Source: the human T2T-CHM13v2.0 reference genome, Homo sapiens
Assembly: GCF_009914755.1 (NCBI RefSeq)
Contig: NC_060927.1
Strand: one strand, 5' to 3'
DNA: 64,000 nt
Under the pieces are notes generated by a model. That model was not told the origin of the DNA. It did no database searches and saw only the letters and a program-made list of their open reading frames with translations. This document shows, in pieces, positions 1-13,786 of this stretch. Position 1 is the stretch's first letter. Each line of letters begins with the position of its first letter. The translations under genes and the position numbers were made by a program.

Positions 1-367
1 GGCGCTTGTAATCCTCTAGACTCAAAGTTTTTTTTTTTGTTTTTTTTTTTAATAAAAATGGAAAGTTTAGCTCAAAGCAATAGCAGCTAAAATTAGAGTG
101 AAATCAGCAGCTGCTCCCCAGGGAAGATGGAAAACCAAACAATGGTCTGTTTTTCCCTTGACTACAATTTATGTTGTATTTTTTTCCTCCTTTAAATGTG
201 GAAGACTTTCCAAACATTTGCATATGTTGGCAAAGCAATATATGTGTAAGCCCCCAACTCCTACTCCCATCAAAATGATGTCAGACATTAGTGTTTCAGG
301 TAAATGTACAAGAAAACTGCTATTGCATTTTCAATGTTGCAGCCTTTGGAAATAATAACACTAATGA

Positions 368-681
368 GGCAGGACGTGGTGGCTCACGCCTGTAATCTCA
401 GCACTTTGGGAGGCCAAGGCGGGTGGATCACGAGGTCAGGAGTTCGAGACCAGCCTGGCCAACATGATGAAACCTCGTCTCTCCTAAAAATACAAAAATT
501 AGCCAAGCATGGTGGCGCACACCTGTAGTCCTAGCTACTCAGGAGCCTGAGGCAGGAGAACTGCTTGAATCAAGGAGGCGTAGGTTGCAGCGAGCTGAGA
601 TCATGCCACTGCACTGCAGCCTGGGTGACAGAGCGAGGCTCTGTCTCAGAAAATAATAATAGTAATAATAATAATAATAAT
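368..681 (+). mobile_element. Alu SINE (AluS, Sg-like) with (AAT)n tail
   Basis: Dimeric Alu: ggcaggacgtggtggctcacgcctgtaatc ... ggatcacgaggtcaggagttcgagaccagcctggccaac, A-rich linker, right arm, then aataataat tail. Confidence 0.95.
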
Positions 682-1326
682 ACCAGTTAAACTTCCCTCC
701 ATTTCTCTCTTTGTACAATTATGTCATTACATGTAACAACCGCTGTGAGACAGAAGTATTGGATTCTCCTAGGGTGTTGTACCATATAGCTGATTGTGTT
801 GCTCAGAAATCCTGGTCAGAATGAGTTAGGAACCAAATACTAAGACAAAGCTTAGATTTAGTAATTTATTCTCACTTTTACCTGCTTTTCTCTACCCTGT
901 CTTCTGCTTCATTCATTCACTGTCCTCTCGACATATTTAAGGATGACTTAATTTTTCTCTCCCTCTCACCATTTATAGCCCAAACCCCACCTTCATTATA
1001 ATGGCAGCACTAGCACAGTGACCGGCACATCATAAGCAAGCAGTGAATGCAGTTTCATACTTGGGTAAATTTACTCGCAACATTTTATTCTTTACTTGCC
1101 TTCAGAGTATTTTCTTCCTCCCTTTAGGATCATTCTGAAATCATCTGGGCTGTGCATTTTTATTCCAACCTGCTTTGATGCAAAAGCTTCCTCCCCAAAC
1201 ATGTCCCTTACCCCTTTCAGTGGCCTCTTGGTGAGGGTATCTTCGCATAGAAAATATTAAAAGAAAATATCCTTCATTCTATTTATATGAGCCAGTTTAA
1301 TCACTGTGAGTATATAAAGAATAGTT

Positions 1327-1640
1327 GCCAGGCATGGGAGCTCATACCTCTAATCCCAACAATTTAGGAGGGGTGGTAGGATCACTTGAGCCTAGGAGTT
1401 CAAGATCAGCCTGGGCAACGTGGTAAAACCCTGTCTCTACCAAAAATTTGTCTTAAAAAATAGCTGGGTTTGTGGTGCATGCCTGTGGTCCCAGCTACTT
1501 GGGAGGCTAATGTGGGAGGATTGCTTTAGCCCAGGAAGTTGAGGCTTCAGTAAGTCATGATCTTACCACTGCACTCCAGCATGGCCAACAGAGTGAAGGT
1601 CTGCCTCAAAAAAACAAAAACAAAAACAAAAAGGAAAAAC
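1327..1640 (+). mobile_element. Alu SINE (AluJ)
   Basis: AluJ-type ggatcacttgagcctaggagttcaag; A-rich tail; TSD agaatagt on both sides. Confidence 0.92.
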
Positions 1641-1684
1641 AGAATAGTCATGAGAATAGTTATAATCATTACCGGATATTCACC

Positions 1685-1880
1685 TCTGCTTAGTGCTTAC
1701 CATGTGCCAAGTAGCATATTAGGGGCTTTTCAGGCTCTTTCTCACTGAATCCACACAACATCTAGAAAGAAGTTACTATTATTCATGTTTTTTTTACGGC
1801 TGGGGAAACTGAATTGAGATGGATTAATTGTCCAAGATCATATAGCTAGCAAGTGATGAAACCTGGGTTCAAATTTAGGT
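1685..1880 (-). mobile_element. MIR SINE
   Basis: Antisense MIR core: ggggaaactga ... tgtccaagatcatatagctagcaagtgatgaaacctgggttcaaa. Confidence 0.75.
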
Positions 1881-4800
1881 ACTTTACCTTTCACTCTTTC
1901 TATCAGTGCTAATGTTTTAGAGTGCCTCTCTGACACACAAACTCACACACTCATTCTTAGAACCATGAGATAAGAGAGAAAATAGCTTCTAGAACTGTCC
2001 TTCTCCTTCAAACTCAATCAATTTAGTACAGTCTGAGGCTGGTGGTGAGAAATTGTTTGGACTTTTCAGTTTGGTCCCAATTATTTTCAACATGCTTCCC
2101 TGCTCTTAAGGCTAGTTCCTTTCTAATAGTTATTCCCCCAAATACATTCATTTTATATATGGTTTAGTGATGCTTATTTCATATGTGAAATAATAACACT
2201 AGAAAATAATTTGAGGAAGACACATGATGAATACAGTAATTGTTCAAGGAAAACATGGTATTTATAGGACAATAAAAGAAATCTCTAGTTACATTGTTCA
2301 CTGAAGCAAAACTATGTTATAAGGGTCATTAACCCATATGTCTTATAACATAAGCTGATCAACAGAAAGGGTCAGGAGAATACTTCCCTTGTGTGTACAG
2401 CTTGGGATACTTAGACACATCTGAGAGATTTCACATCTTTCTCACTCAGTAACATCCTACACTAGCTGCTCTAAGAACTGATAAACTGTTGGACACTTTT
2501 GGTATAGTAATTTTATGATGGAATATAAAAGTACATTTTGTTATATTATTGAAGTGGCTATAACCATTCCATTGAGTCATTACATGAAAATAGGCCTGCT
2601 TATTCAACCAGAAACATGCAGAGACTCAACCAGGAACATCCAAACATTTTTTAAAAATAGATTTTTTGGTTCTGTAAGCATGGTTATTCTTTTAAAAAAG
2701 GAAATGTTAGTGATAGATAGATTATCGGTACACAAGTCACATGCAAACACCACCCATATCTTAACATTGAGAATGTTTATTTTATGTTATATGTGGAAGC
2801 ATTTTGTTTACCCAGAAGATTCAGGTCTCACATATTTGGGCAGGCAATTTTTTTTCTCTGAAATTGACTAACATTTCTTTTTGACAGATGGTAACTTTAA
2901 AAGACTTGCTGTAGGTAAACAAATCTTAAACTCCAAACTCAGGGGAATTTGCTAAACATTGGATCATATTCTTCCTATCCAAATCTTTCCATCTTTTAAT
3001 CTTTATTTCTTTGTCTTCTTTTTTCTCTCCTTTTCTTCCGCCATCTTTTCCTTCCTCTTTCTCTGCTTCTCTACTTTCTTTCCTCCTTCCTTCTCTTATC
3101 CTCGCCCTTCTTTGTAAATTGTATCAAGCTAGCTAAAAGCATGGGGTTTGCATTTTCAAAACCACAAATAGAACTGAACTTACTGTGAACTGTATGTGAA
3201 CAATGTGACAAAATATCTAAAATTGAGAAAGTGCCAATGAAAACTGGCTTAGTTACTGTACAGGTTAAAATCTGGTACTTGGTCATAAAGTAGGTTGATC
3301 ACAAAGACTAGAGCTCCATTATAAGGATATACTTTCTAATGAATTTTTTACTCTAAATTCAGAATGAGCAGGAATTATAACAGAGCAAGGTTGCAGAAAG
3401 AGCAGGAATGTGTTAATATCTTTCTATCACAAAGATGACTTAGCTACTTTCCACAAATATCCATCCCTGAATATCCATTATTCTTCCTAGTTCCACCTTA
3501 ACTGTGATTATTTCCCCTTACTTTTGCATACCTTTTTTTTCCCCCAAACTATATCTGGTCAATCATAGCATCTGTTTTCTCACAAATCCAGCTTCTTATG
3601 AGTATCAAGTCATGGGTTCTTTGCATGATTCAGCTTCAATATTCTTTTCTAACTAAACCATTTTGTGGTAAAACATCCATTCAAAGTCCAGAGCAAATCT
3701 CTTTGACCCAATTAATCATTTTTAATTGGCTGTACCCTAGTCCAGTTCATATTTTTTCAACCTCTCTATCCCTCAGATGGTTTGATAAGGATATTTCTGT
3801 ACATAGATGAATTATCTTCCATCTTGGTAACTTTACTTATTTCTCTCATCAGTAAAGGTCAGAGCTGTTTGTCTCAGATTCATAGGTTCTTGGAAAAGCA
3901 GAATCTTTTTCCACCTAAGATCTAATTCTACCATCTTCTGCTGGCTCTTCCAACTAGCATGTAGGCTCAATTTCAACCTCTAATCATGGCCCTCAAAAAC
4001 TTTTAGAACACATTGTCCTACTTTCTGAGCACAGACACCACTAAAATGCCTTGTTTATAGCATTCTTTCAGCTTCATTGCCCTTCTTTATGTATTGCTCA
4101 TGAAGATGTAAGAACTGAAGATCCAAAACAATCTTCAACCCTTCCTTCCAAGCTTAAATTGCAATTATTCAAAAAATGATTCAATGCCTTTTGGGTTGAG
4201 ACATTGTTTCTTTTCACAGAACATTAACATAGTTCAACCAAAAGAAACTATTTTTATTCATTGAGGTGACTTGGCCTTGTTAAGACCAGGAGAACCTGAC
4301 TATGACAATTGACATTTGGGTAAGTGCTTTGGTATTGTTTATTTGACTAATTTTTGTGTATGTCTTGTTGGAAATTACTATTGGAAAGTAAATTGTAATT
4401 GATAATGCTTCTTTCTGAAGTTCTTAATGAATAAAAGGAATAAGTTTCTTTATAGGGACAATGCAAGAGTATTCATCTCAGAAGCAATAACAGATTTGAG
4501 GATGTTGTGATGTCTAATGCAGTCCTCACATTCTTTAGTTCTCTGTATATTAGCTGAATGTAAAACACAATGTTATGATACTATTTCTTACCTCCCTAAA
4601 CATCTTACATCATCAAGCATAATAGTCATTCGTTTACTCACTTAGGAAGAACTAATTGAGGATCTACTTCTGAAAGCCGGGAATTGTGGATATAATGATT
4701 AGCAAGGACACAGAAAGACACAGTTTCTACTCCTGATCTATATAGACATTTACAGAGTGTGTAGTGATAAAACGTTTCATTAATACTAGAGTCATAATCT

Positions 4801-5381
4801 ATTCATTCCGAGTTCTTACACACCTGAATCACAACATAAGGCTTTAGTCTCCCCTGGATGCTCTTGTCTTGCTTTCCTTGAATTCATCCTTTTGCAACAA
4901 GTCATGCTGGGTACCCATAGCCTCTGTGTGAATAGCACTTTCTCATGAGCTAAGAGGAATTATTTTTCTCTTCTTCAGCTTGTCTTTTCTAAGCTGGGTG
5001 ACAACAACCAGTGTATCTTGTCATTGTCTACAACATTTAAGATTTTATAGCCAATTACATTCCCTCATAACTACCTCTTTCTTTTCATAGGCTGTAAGGA
5101 TTGTGATATTATTTTTAGCCCTTCTAGGGTTAGATTGAGCCTCTCGGCCTCTCATATGACTTCTATTGCCGTCCTTCATAGTCTTTCACACTAGCAAAGT
5201 GTTGATACACATATCTACTGGCATTATTCAAGATGATATCTTTAAAAAATTTTTGTTTATGCTTCTTGGCCATATCTAGAAGATCTGAATCCAGATGACT
5301 CTGTTTCCACATAATATTAAATGCTATTTCATATATATAATAATATATATAACATAATATATATTATTTCACATATATACT

Positions 5382-5540
5382 AGAGATGAGGTCTCACTAT
5401 GTTGCCCAGGCTGGAGTGCAGTGGCTATTTACAGGCATGATCATAGTGCACTGCAGCTTCAAACTCCTGGCCTCAAGCAATCCTCCTGCCTCAGTCTCCT
5501 TAGTAGCTGGAACTACAGGTGTATACCACCACACCTGGCC
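5382..5540 (-). mobile_element. FAM (fossil Alu monomer), 7SL-derived SINE
   Basis: Single monomer retaining the 7SL/FAM segment gcagtggctatttacaggcatgatc, absent from dimeric Alus; degenerate TSD taaatgctatttc / taaatattatttc; tail decayed to AT microsatellite. Confidence 0.85.
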
Positions 5541-6809
5541 TAAATATTATTTCTTAAACAAGGAATCGCTACCTCTTTCTTAGAGTTACTTTTTGCTATA
5601 TTGCAGTCTTATCTTAGTCATATACTCTTATCCCTGTCTTAACAGTGTCTCTATGATTGTAAAGTAAATGACAAGGTAAGGAGAGACAGTCACATATTTG
5701 TCTTAAAAGTCAACATCCCTGATTTCGATGAGGGCATACAGGTCCCTCAAAGTTTGAGATGAATTAAGATTTCATTTCCACTGGAGGTAGAACTTCCAAA
5801 GCTGAAATGACATATATAACAGGAACAAACAGAAGATCTCACCATCCTATTTCTACTTTCTTATCCTCAAATATTTTTCTTCCCCCTCAGTTTTTTCTGC
5901 CCTGAATTTATAGCAGATATTTTCTCTTTATGTACACTTCAGATGCAGAGTTTTAGGGTTTAAGTAACATCATTTGCCTCTGAGCTGAAGGTGTGAAAAA
6001 ACTGAGTGTAGAGCTACTTTGAACCCTCAGTGATCAAATTATTATTGACCACTACAGCAGAACAGCATCTCTATTTTGATGATGAAGAGTCTCTGCTTTC
6101 TCTCCACTAGCCAAAGAGAAGTTTAGGATCTGAAACCTTCAAAAGAAATTGAGTGAAGAAAGCACAAGCGTATCCAAAGACATTCATAATTTTTTTCCCC
6201 ATGGTTCTCTTTTGCCCATTTTCAATTGATGATCAAAAGCTGAATAATTGAGGAGTGGGGGATTTTATTCTACCCATATTTGAACACTCAGTTGTTTCTC
6301 AGTATAATCTTTTTTTCTAACTTAATTATTTTTGTAATAACTCATCTCAATTTAATCAATCAAACTATCTATATAGACATTTTAATTCAATCATTAAGAT
6401 GAATTCTCAACCTTACCCTGACCATGTTCCAGTGGAGTGGTTTTTACCCTAAAAACATGCTATTTTGTATCCTTGAGCAGTAAAAAGGAAAAAAAAGGCA
6501 ACTTTCATCAGGATTTAATCCCTATTCTCAATTAGAATTAATATAAAAATAACATAATTGTTTTTCCTGGCTATTTTTATTTAGGGCAAAAGAACCAAAC
6601 TTCCCTAAGATTCACCAGATCTGATTCCTTTGAACAGGCTGAACACAACCATCCTCTAGCAGAACTCTCCTGAGTCTCTCTCAACTCCAGTGCCCTTGGA
6701 TCCTCTGTCCCACAATGACACTAGAGTGCAATGCAGCAATGGGAAACAGGTGGGTCAGGGATAGGGAGGCACACCAGCTTGGAGAGCAACCTGAAGAAGC
6801 AGCAGCAGC

Positions 6810-7010
6810 ACTTAGCCTGATATTAGAAAAGCCAGGGTTCAGTCCCTATTTTGCGTCTTCCTCAGCCATGTGACTTTCCACAGTTGATACCATTTTTCTC
6901 AATTTCTTCATCTGTAAAATGAGGAAATTGGTCATGGTCTCACAGGCTGATGTGAGAAAAATGTATGTGAAAACACTGACACCATCATGCACTGAAAGAA
7001 TATTAATTCT
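6810..7010 (+). mobile_element. MIR SINE
   Basis: gggttcagtccc ... ccatgtgacttt ... tttcttcatctgtaaaatgagg ... gtatgtgaaaacact. Confidence 0.7.
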
Positions 7011-7302
7011 TCATATGAACTTCAAGGTTTTTCACAATGCCTTTGCCACCTTCCTTTTACCCTTACACACCGAAGGCATTCCATACTCAGGCTTTTAATG
7101 GTATGGGGATGTGGTCGTGGGTGTCATGAAAATCAAGCAGCACAAAGCAGGAATTCAAGGTCCAAGTTGAAACTGAAGCTACTGTAGGGGGTTAATCTTG
7201 GTGAGAAAGGAAAAGAGAAGGGTGGAGACCATAGCTGAGAGGAGCTTGTAGTCCCCAAACTTCCAGTTAGGTTTTTCTTAGATGTGTCCACATCTACTAC
7301 AC

Positions 7303-7455
7303 CAGTGCTTTTGCACATTAACATGCAAATGAATCACCTAAGGATCTTGTTAAAATCCAGATTTTGATATAGTGCTTCTGGCCTGAGATGTTACATTTCC
7401 AATAAACTCAAGCAGTGGCCAATGCCAAGGGCTGTGGATAACACTGAGTAACAGG
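7303..7455. mobile_element. MER5-family hAT-Charlie MITE
   Basis: gaatcacctaaggatcttgttaaaatccagattttgat ... ggcctgaga ... catttccaataaactc resembles the MER5 body. Confidence 0.75.
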
Positions 7456-7699
7456 GAGCCACATGTCCCTCCATGACCTGTTGCCTACAGTTCTTACCAC
7501 CTGTCATGCCCATGTTCCTGCATTTTACCTTCTAGTAAGGTCAAGTTGTTCAGAGTTGCCAGGAACACTCTAGCGTCTTGTTCTGTTTTGTTTATGCTAT
7601 ACCTTAGTTCATCTTATTCTCTATGTACGGAATATTCTTCTTACTTTTTTTTTAAACTTCACCAAAACATTACCTTCTTCAGGATTTTATCCTCTAAAT

Positions 7700-7875
7700 C
7701 TCTGTTATATGACACTTTCATATCAAGGTTTAAGATTATATGGCCATTTCTCCTCTACCAGATCCTGAAGCTATCAAGAACAATAATCCGTTTGGTTCTT
7801 CACTATATAACCTTATTTTCTAGTACTCTCTGGGATATGCTAAAGTATTTTGCAGATATTTGTTCAACTAAGTAG
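7700..7875 (+). mobile_element. L2 LINE 3' fragment
   Basis: Degenerate L2 3' end (ctaccagatcctgaagct ... tctagtactctctggg ... atatttgttcaa). Confidence 0.5.
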
Positions 7876-9384
7876 TGTATAAAGAACACACTGAATTTTA
7901 GATCCATTCCTGACTGAAAAGTTGAGTATCGGGTAGAATGTCAGTCCCTAATAACATCTTATTATGTGTTTTACTAAGAAATAACATTCATTTGGCAACA
8001 GGATGTGATTGTGAGGTAAAATAAAAGAAAACAAAATGAATCTTGAAAAAATTTTAACAAGCAGCATAGATTAGGCTGAAGTCTATATGATATGCCTTGA
8101 CATCAGTGAATCTCTCTTGTGCCTGTCCTATTTGTGCTGAGATATTACAAACGGTCAGGACTCCTGATGGATGATTGTGTGATCAAGTTCTGACATTTCC
8201 TCAATTCTGTTCCTTATTTCTGAGGCACTGTTTCACTCACCTCCCTTCTCTTTGCATTTTTCTTTCTACTGCATTGTCTATAGTCTTTTTGGTGCTCATT
8301 AGTTGAGCCCCGAAGTGTTTAGGCCTGCTTCTCTACCCTTGTCCTTCTTTCCCAAAGCTGGATAGAAGGAAAACTAGTAATCCATCATGCAAGGAAAGTG
8401 ATCTTCTCCCATAGTCAGTTGGGCAATAAAGCAACGCAACGTCAAGAATATATTTCCCTTTGCCACCTTGCATCCCTTTCCATTATGAATTACAGCTATG
8501 CTGTTCTTCTCTAAACCACAAAGAGCTCTCTTGCAAGCCTGACACTGATGATGGGAAATTAGAATCGAAATTCTTTATTGATTTAAATTAATAGGCAAAA
8601 GACTGAGAAGGAGATTTGTAGAAATGCAAGTGTGTTTACACATATATATTCATTTTCTTCTAAATAGCATATTCTATTCCCAACATACAAAAGAAACTCA
8701 AATTAGAGATTAACATTACAGGTAATATATTTTGGCATTACATGCCTAATATGCTTCCATAATCATTAATTATTAGAATTGTCATATAAAATGAGAACCA
8801 TTTGTTAACATTTAATATGCGGAACTAGGGGGAATCAGTCATAATAAATGAAAGTGGTTAGACGCTAATGAGAAGAGCTGAAAAGTGATAGGGGCATCAT
8901 CATTACTGCCTTGTCAACAAAGAAGGCCCATCTGTACACTGACATACCAAAGTAAAATGAGAGAGAGAGGATGCTGTTATACATTACCAATGCTCTAGAG
9001 GAAAAGCTAATTATCATTCATCAAAATGGATAATTTTTATTTAAGGTTTTTAAGAAAAATTAATGTATAGTTTCTATATACTTATAAAAATTAACAGTAT
9101 TCTTATTTAAAATTAAATCTTTATGACAACTATATAGGACCATAGCTTGATGTATGTGGAAATAAAAGCAAATGAGTTTGCATTTACAGATCTTTTTGGT
9201 ATAGAATTTCATTGTCATTAAGATGGGTTTATAATTATAAATAATGTAAAACTTTACACAACTCAGAATAATGCAGGGTAAGAGACTTTTGGTTTAGCAA
9301 AATTTATAAATTATTGGGTAGGTTTCAATAAGAATAGGCTATTGCCTGTAGGTAGAATTTAATAGATAAATAATAAAATAATTG

Positions 9385-9560
9385 GAAGCAGGTATTGAGC
9401 TTTAATAAGCTCTGTGCTAAGCACTGAATGCACATATTCTAATCCTTACAACAGCCCAGTGAATTTTATCTACCTTTTATTGCAATTTTAGGGTTAGACA
9501 AACTAAAGCAGAGAGTCACCCAAGGCAGCTCATGTGTAAGTAGAGAAGTTCACATGCAGT
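9385..9560 (-). mobile_element. MIR SINE
   Basis: tattgagc ... ctctgtgctaagcact ... taatccttacaacagccc ... aaactaaagcagagag ... cccaaggc. Confidence 0.65.
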
Positions 9561-12039
9561 GTCTTTTAAAATTCAAGTATAATTTTTTTCTGTGAAAATT
9601 GGTAAATGAAAGAAATCTCAGTTGTTCGTTTCTGACTTGATAAAAAGCACTGAAATTAAAGTAGTTCTCCTTTTTAAGAGTATGACTGAAAATTGTTGGC
9701 AGAGAAAAATACATTTTAATAAACATGAACTTTGGACTTTTGTTTGTTTGCTAAAAAAGTGAATGTTTCTGCTAAATCTAAAATTTGATGATGTTATATA
9801 TGCAAATTCTTAGCTATCAAAAATTACAAATGAAGTATGGTCCAAATTTTCAATATTCAAAAGTAATTATTCCAGTACCAAGTATTTACATATTATTCAA
9901 AAATTTCGGAGGGGGACTTTATGATATAATGATAAAAACTGGAGTAGAACAAATATACCATCTACCTACACTTCAAATGTTACAGAGCAGAATATCTAAT
10001 TTTGGATTTCCAGTAACTTCCATCCCATTTTTAGTGGATGTCTGAGAGAGAAAAACCAAGTCGTATCACAGAATAAATAAAACAGAAAAAAAAGCTAGTT
10101 AACTAATATGAAAGGGTTTAAAAAAAATACTGATAACTTACATTAAATTAAATTAACGTTTAATGTGTCATTCAATATAGTGCTTGGCATATATCAGTTA
10201 CCAAATAATTACTACTTACTATGTCTCTTTTCTACATCACTCCTCCAATAACTTTAATCAAAAGGGTAATTAACTCACATAATCTTTGCATAGTGTTCAG
10301 TTATTAAAACACGTCATACAAGAGAGGATTCTGGGAAGATGGCACAGTAGGAAGCAACAGGAATATGTTTCCTCATTGAGACAACAATTGCTCTGGCAGA
10401 ATTTGTCTGATGTAATATTTTGGAACACTGGAGTCTACTGAAGGCTTGTGACTTCCAGGGGAAGGCTTGGACAGTAAAGTGCAGTTAATTTTGATCATTT
10501 TCAGGCTTTAGTGCAGCAACAGCTACCCATCCCACATTCCGAGCTCTGTGGCAGGCAGCTGTGCAGGTGTTCCTGTAACAGCTTGTGGGGATAAGGGTGA
10601 GCAAAAAAGACCTTGTCCTGCAAATATAAGGAATCTTTGGTCTGATCTCCGATTAATTCTTCTGATCACAGAAGCACAGATAAAGAAGCAGGTAACCGTT
10701 ATTGTTACATCTGCCTCCATTGTTGTAAGCCCCACCTCCTGTGACTGAAGAGATTTCCAGAGGACTTAAAGGACCAGCATGCTCCCCCCTCCACAACCTT
10801 TTTATTTTTCTTTTTTTCTCCCTTTTGGAAGCCAAGCATTAATAACTAGCACATTCAAAAATAATTGTATATCTTGGAAAATTAGAAAGTGACAGCACAT
10901 GCCCAGGCAAAAACACAGGCTCAGAAAAGACCTGAGGAGGGCCTAAGTTTAACTCTCAGGCTGATCCATGGCACAGAAACAGCCTAAACAATTTTTAAAA
11001 ACCAATAAACAAAAACATCAAACTAAGTATGGGAAAGATTTCCAAAGTTACCACATTATTAGATACAAATGTCCAATTTTCAACAACAAAAAATCATAAA
11101 GCATATAAAGAAAGAAGGTAGTATGGCACATTCAGATATATAAAAATGAGTCAACAGAAACTGTCCCTAAAAAGAACTAATGGCAGATTTACCTGACAAA
11201 GACTTTAAAACCATGGTCTTAAAGATACTCATCTTTAGGAAGATGTGGAGAAAGTTAAAAAAATATGTATGAACAAAGTATAAATATCAATAAATAGCAA
11301 ACCTAAAAATAAACAAATTACGGAGCTGAAAATTTCAATAACTGAAAAAAAATTACAAGAGAAATTCAAAGACATAGGTGACCAGTTATAAAAGGAGAAT
11401 CTCTGAAGTTGAAGATGGGAAAATAGAAACTATCAAGCCTGAGGAATAAAGCAAATAAGATGAAGAAAACAGAACAGAACCCAAATGATTGGTGGGACAC
11501 CATCAAGTGAACCATCTACACATTATGGAAGTTCCAGATAGGGAAGAGAAAGGGAAAGAACCAGAGAGAACATTTGAAAAAATAATGGCCAAAAACTTCT
11601 CAATTATTATTAAACACAGAAATATAAATATACAAGAAGCTCAACAAACTCCAAGTAACTCAAAGAGCCTCAAGATAAGACACATTATAATCAAACTTAG
11701 GAAAGACAAAGATAATTTGAAAGCAACAAGAGAAAATGACACATCATATATGAGAGCTACTCAATAAGATTAAAAGCAGATTCACATCAGAAACTTGGAT
11801 ACCAGAAGGCAGTGGCCTGGAAGAAATTGAAACATGTCCAAATAAATGAAATCTAAGGAATTTCCTTACCCGTAGAACTGCCCTGAAAGAAGTACTTCAT
11901 GGAGTTCTGCAAGGTAAAATGAAAGGACACCAGATAGTAACCTGAAGCCATATGAAGAAATAAAGGTCCAAATGAAGATAAATATCTGGGAAATTATATA
12001 AGATAATATTATTATAACAATGGATTGTAACTTCACTCT

Positions 12040-12374
12040 TTGTTTTGTTTCTTTTTATTTTCTTTCTTTCTTTTCTTTTCTTTTCTTTTTTTAGAGGCAG
12101 GGCCTCATTCTGTTGCCAAGCTAGAGTGTAGTGGTGCAGTTGTATCTCACTCACCTTGAAGATCTGGGCTCAAAAAGTCCTCTCACCTCAGCCTCCCAAG
12201 TAGCTGGGACTACAAGAACATGCCATCACAATGAGCTATTTTTTGCTTATTTTTTGGTACAGATGGTGTCTCGGTAAGTTGTCCAGGCTGGCTGGAACTC
12301 CTGGACTCAAGCAATCTTCCAGGCTTGGCCTCTCAAAGTGCTGGGATTACAGGCATGAGCCACCACACCCGGCC
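12040..12374 (-). mobile_element. AluJ nested in old L1
   Basis: Antisense dimeric Alu with T-rich tail; TSD cttcactct at 12031-12039 and 12374-12382. Confidence 0.92.
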
Positions 12375-13493
12375 TTCACTCTATTGTTCTGCATGATTTA
12401 AAAGTCATGATTTCTGCATGATAGAAATTATTAATATAAATGATAGTATTATTGAAACTTTGGTTTATAACTGTACATTTTATTTACACATAATTTTAAT
12501 AACTAATGCATTTAAAATAATTATTAGGTTATATTTTGGGGCACAAAATGTGTAAAGATAAAATTGTTTGACATCAACAACTGAAAGAGGTGGTGGTGAA
12601 GCTGTAAAGGAGCAGGGTTTTGTATGTCGCTGAAGTTAAACTGATATAAATCCAAATTAGAGTGCTACAATTTTAGAATGTTAAATATAGTTCCCATGCT
12701 AACCACAAAATATTCTATAGAATATGCACAAAAGAAAATGAGAAAGGAATTTAACATTTCTTTAGAGAAAAATGAACTAAATGCAAAAGGAGAATAATGC
12801 AGAAAATGAGGGACAAAAACAGTTATGAGGCATATAGGAAGTAAGTAGCAAAAAGATAGAAGTAAATCTGTTCCTATCTGTAATTACTTTAAATGTAAAT
12901 TGATTAAACTCTATAGTAAAAATATATGGATTAGTAGAATGCATAAAAATACATGATCCAATTATATGCTGCCTACAAGAAACTTACTTTAGATTCAAAG
13001 ACACAAATAGGTTGAAAGTGAAAGAATAGAAAAATATATTCCATGAAAATAGTAATCAAAAGAGAGCCAGGATGGCTCTACTAGTATCAGACAAAATGAA
13101 CTTAAAATAAAATAGTTTATAAGAAATAACAAAGGGAATTATATATTAATAGACTGTTCAATACAGTAGGAAGATATAAAAATTATAAACATATAACTAA
13201 TATTAAATCTTCAAAATACATAAAATAAAAATTACAGAATTAAAGGGAGAAATAGACAGTATACAATAATAGTTGTAGACTTAAATACCTAACTTTCAAC
13301 AATAGGACAATCAGATTGAAGATAAGTAAGAAAATATAGGACCTAACACAATAAACCAACTAGATCTACCAGACATATTCAGAATACTCTGTCCACTTAA
13401 CAACGCATATATTCTTCTCAAGTACCCTGGGATATTTTTAATGATTGACCTACATTAGGCCACAAAGGAAGTCTCAATCAATTTAAGAAAATA

Positions 13494-13786
13494 GGCCGGG
13501 TGTGGTGGCTCACACCTGTAATCCCAGCACTTTGGGAGACTGAGGCAGGTGGATCATGAGGTCAGGAGTTCAAGACCAGCTGGGCCAAAATGGTGAAACC
13601 CCTTCTCTACTAAAAATGCAAAAATTAGCAAGGTGTGGTGGTGGGCATGTGTAATCCCAGCTACTCAGGATGCTGAGGCAGAGAATTGAACCCAGGAGGC
13701 GGAGGTTGCAGTGAGCAAGGATCGTGCCACTGCACTCTAGCCTGGGTGACAGAACAAGGTTCCATCTCAAAAAAAAAAAAAAAAAA
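13494..13786 (+). mobile_element. AluS (Sg-like) nested in old L1
   Basis: ggccgggtgtggtggctcacacctgtaatccc ... ggatcatgaggtcaggagttcaagacc; poly(A) tail. Confidence 0.95.

Noticed and set aside
2313-2352. 11-bp inverted repeat tatgttataag ... cttataacata
   Set aside because: AT-rich, short, long loop; plausible by chance
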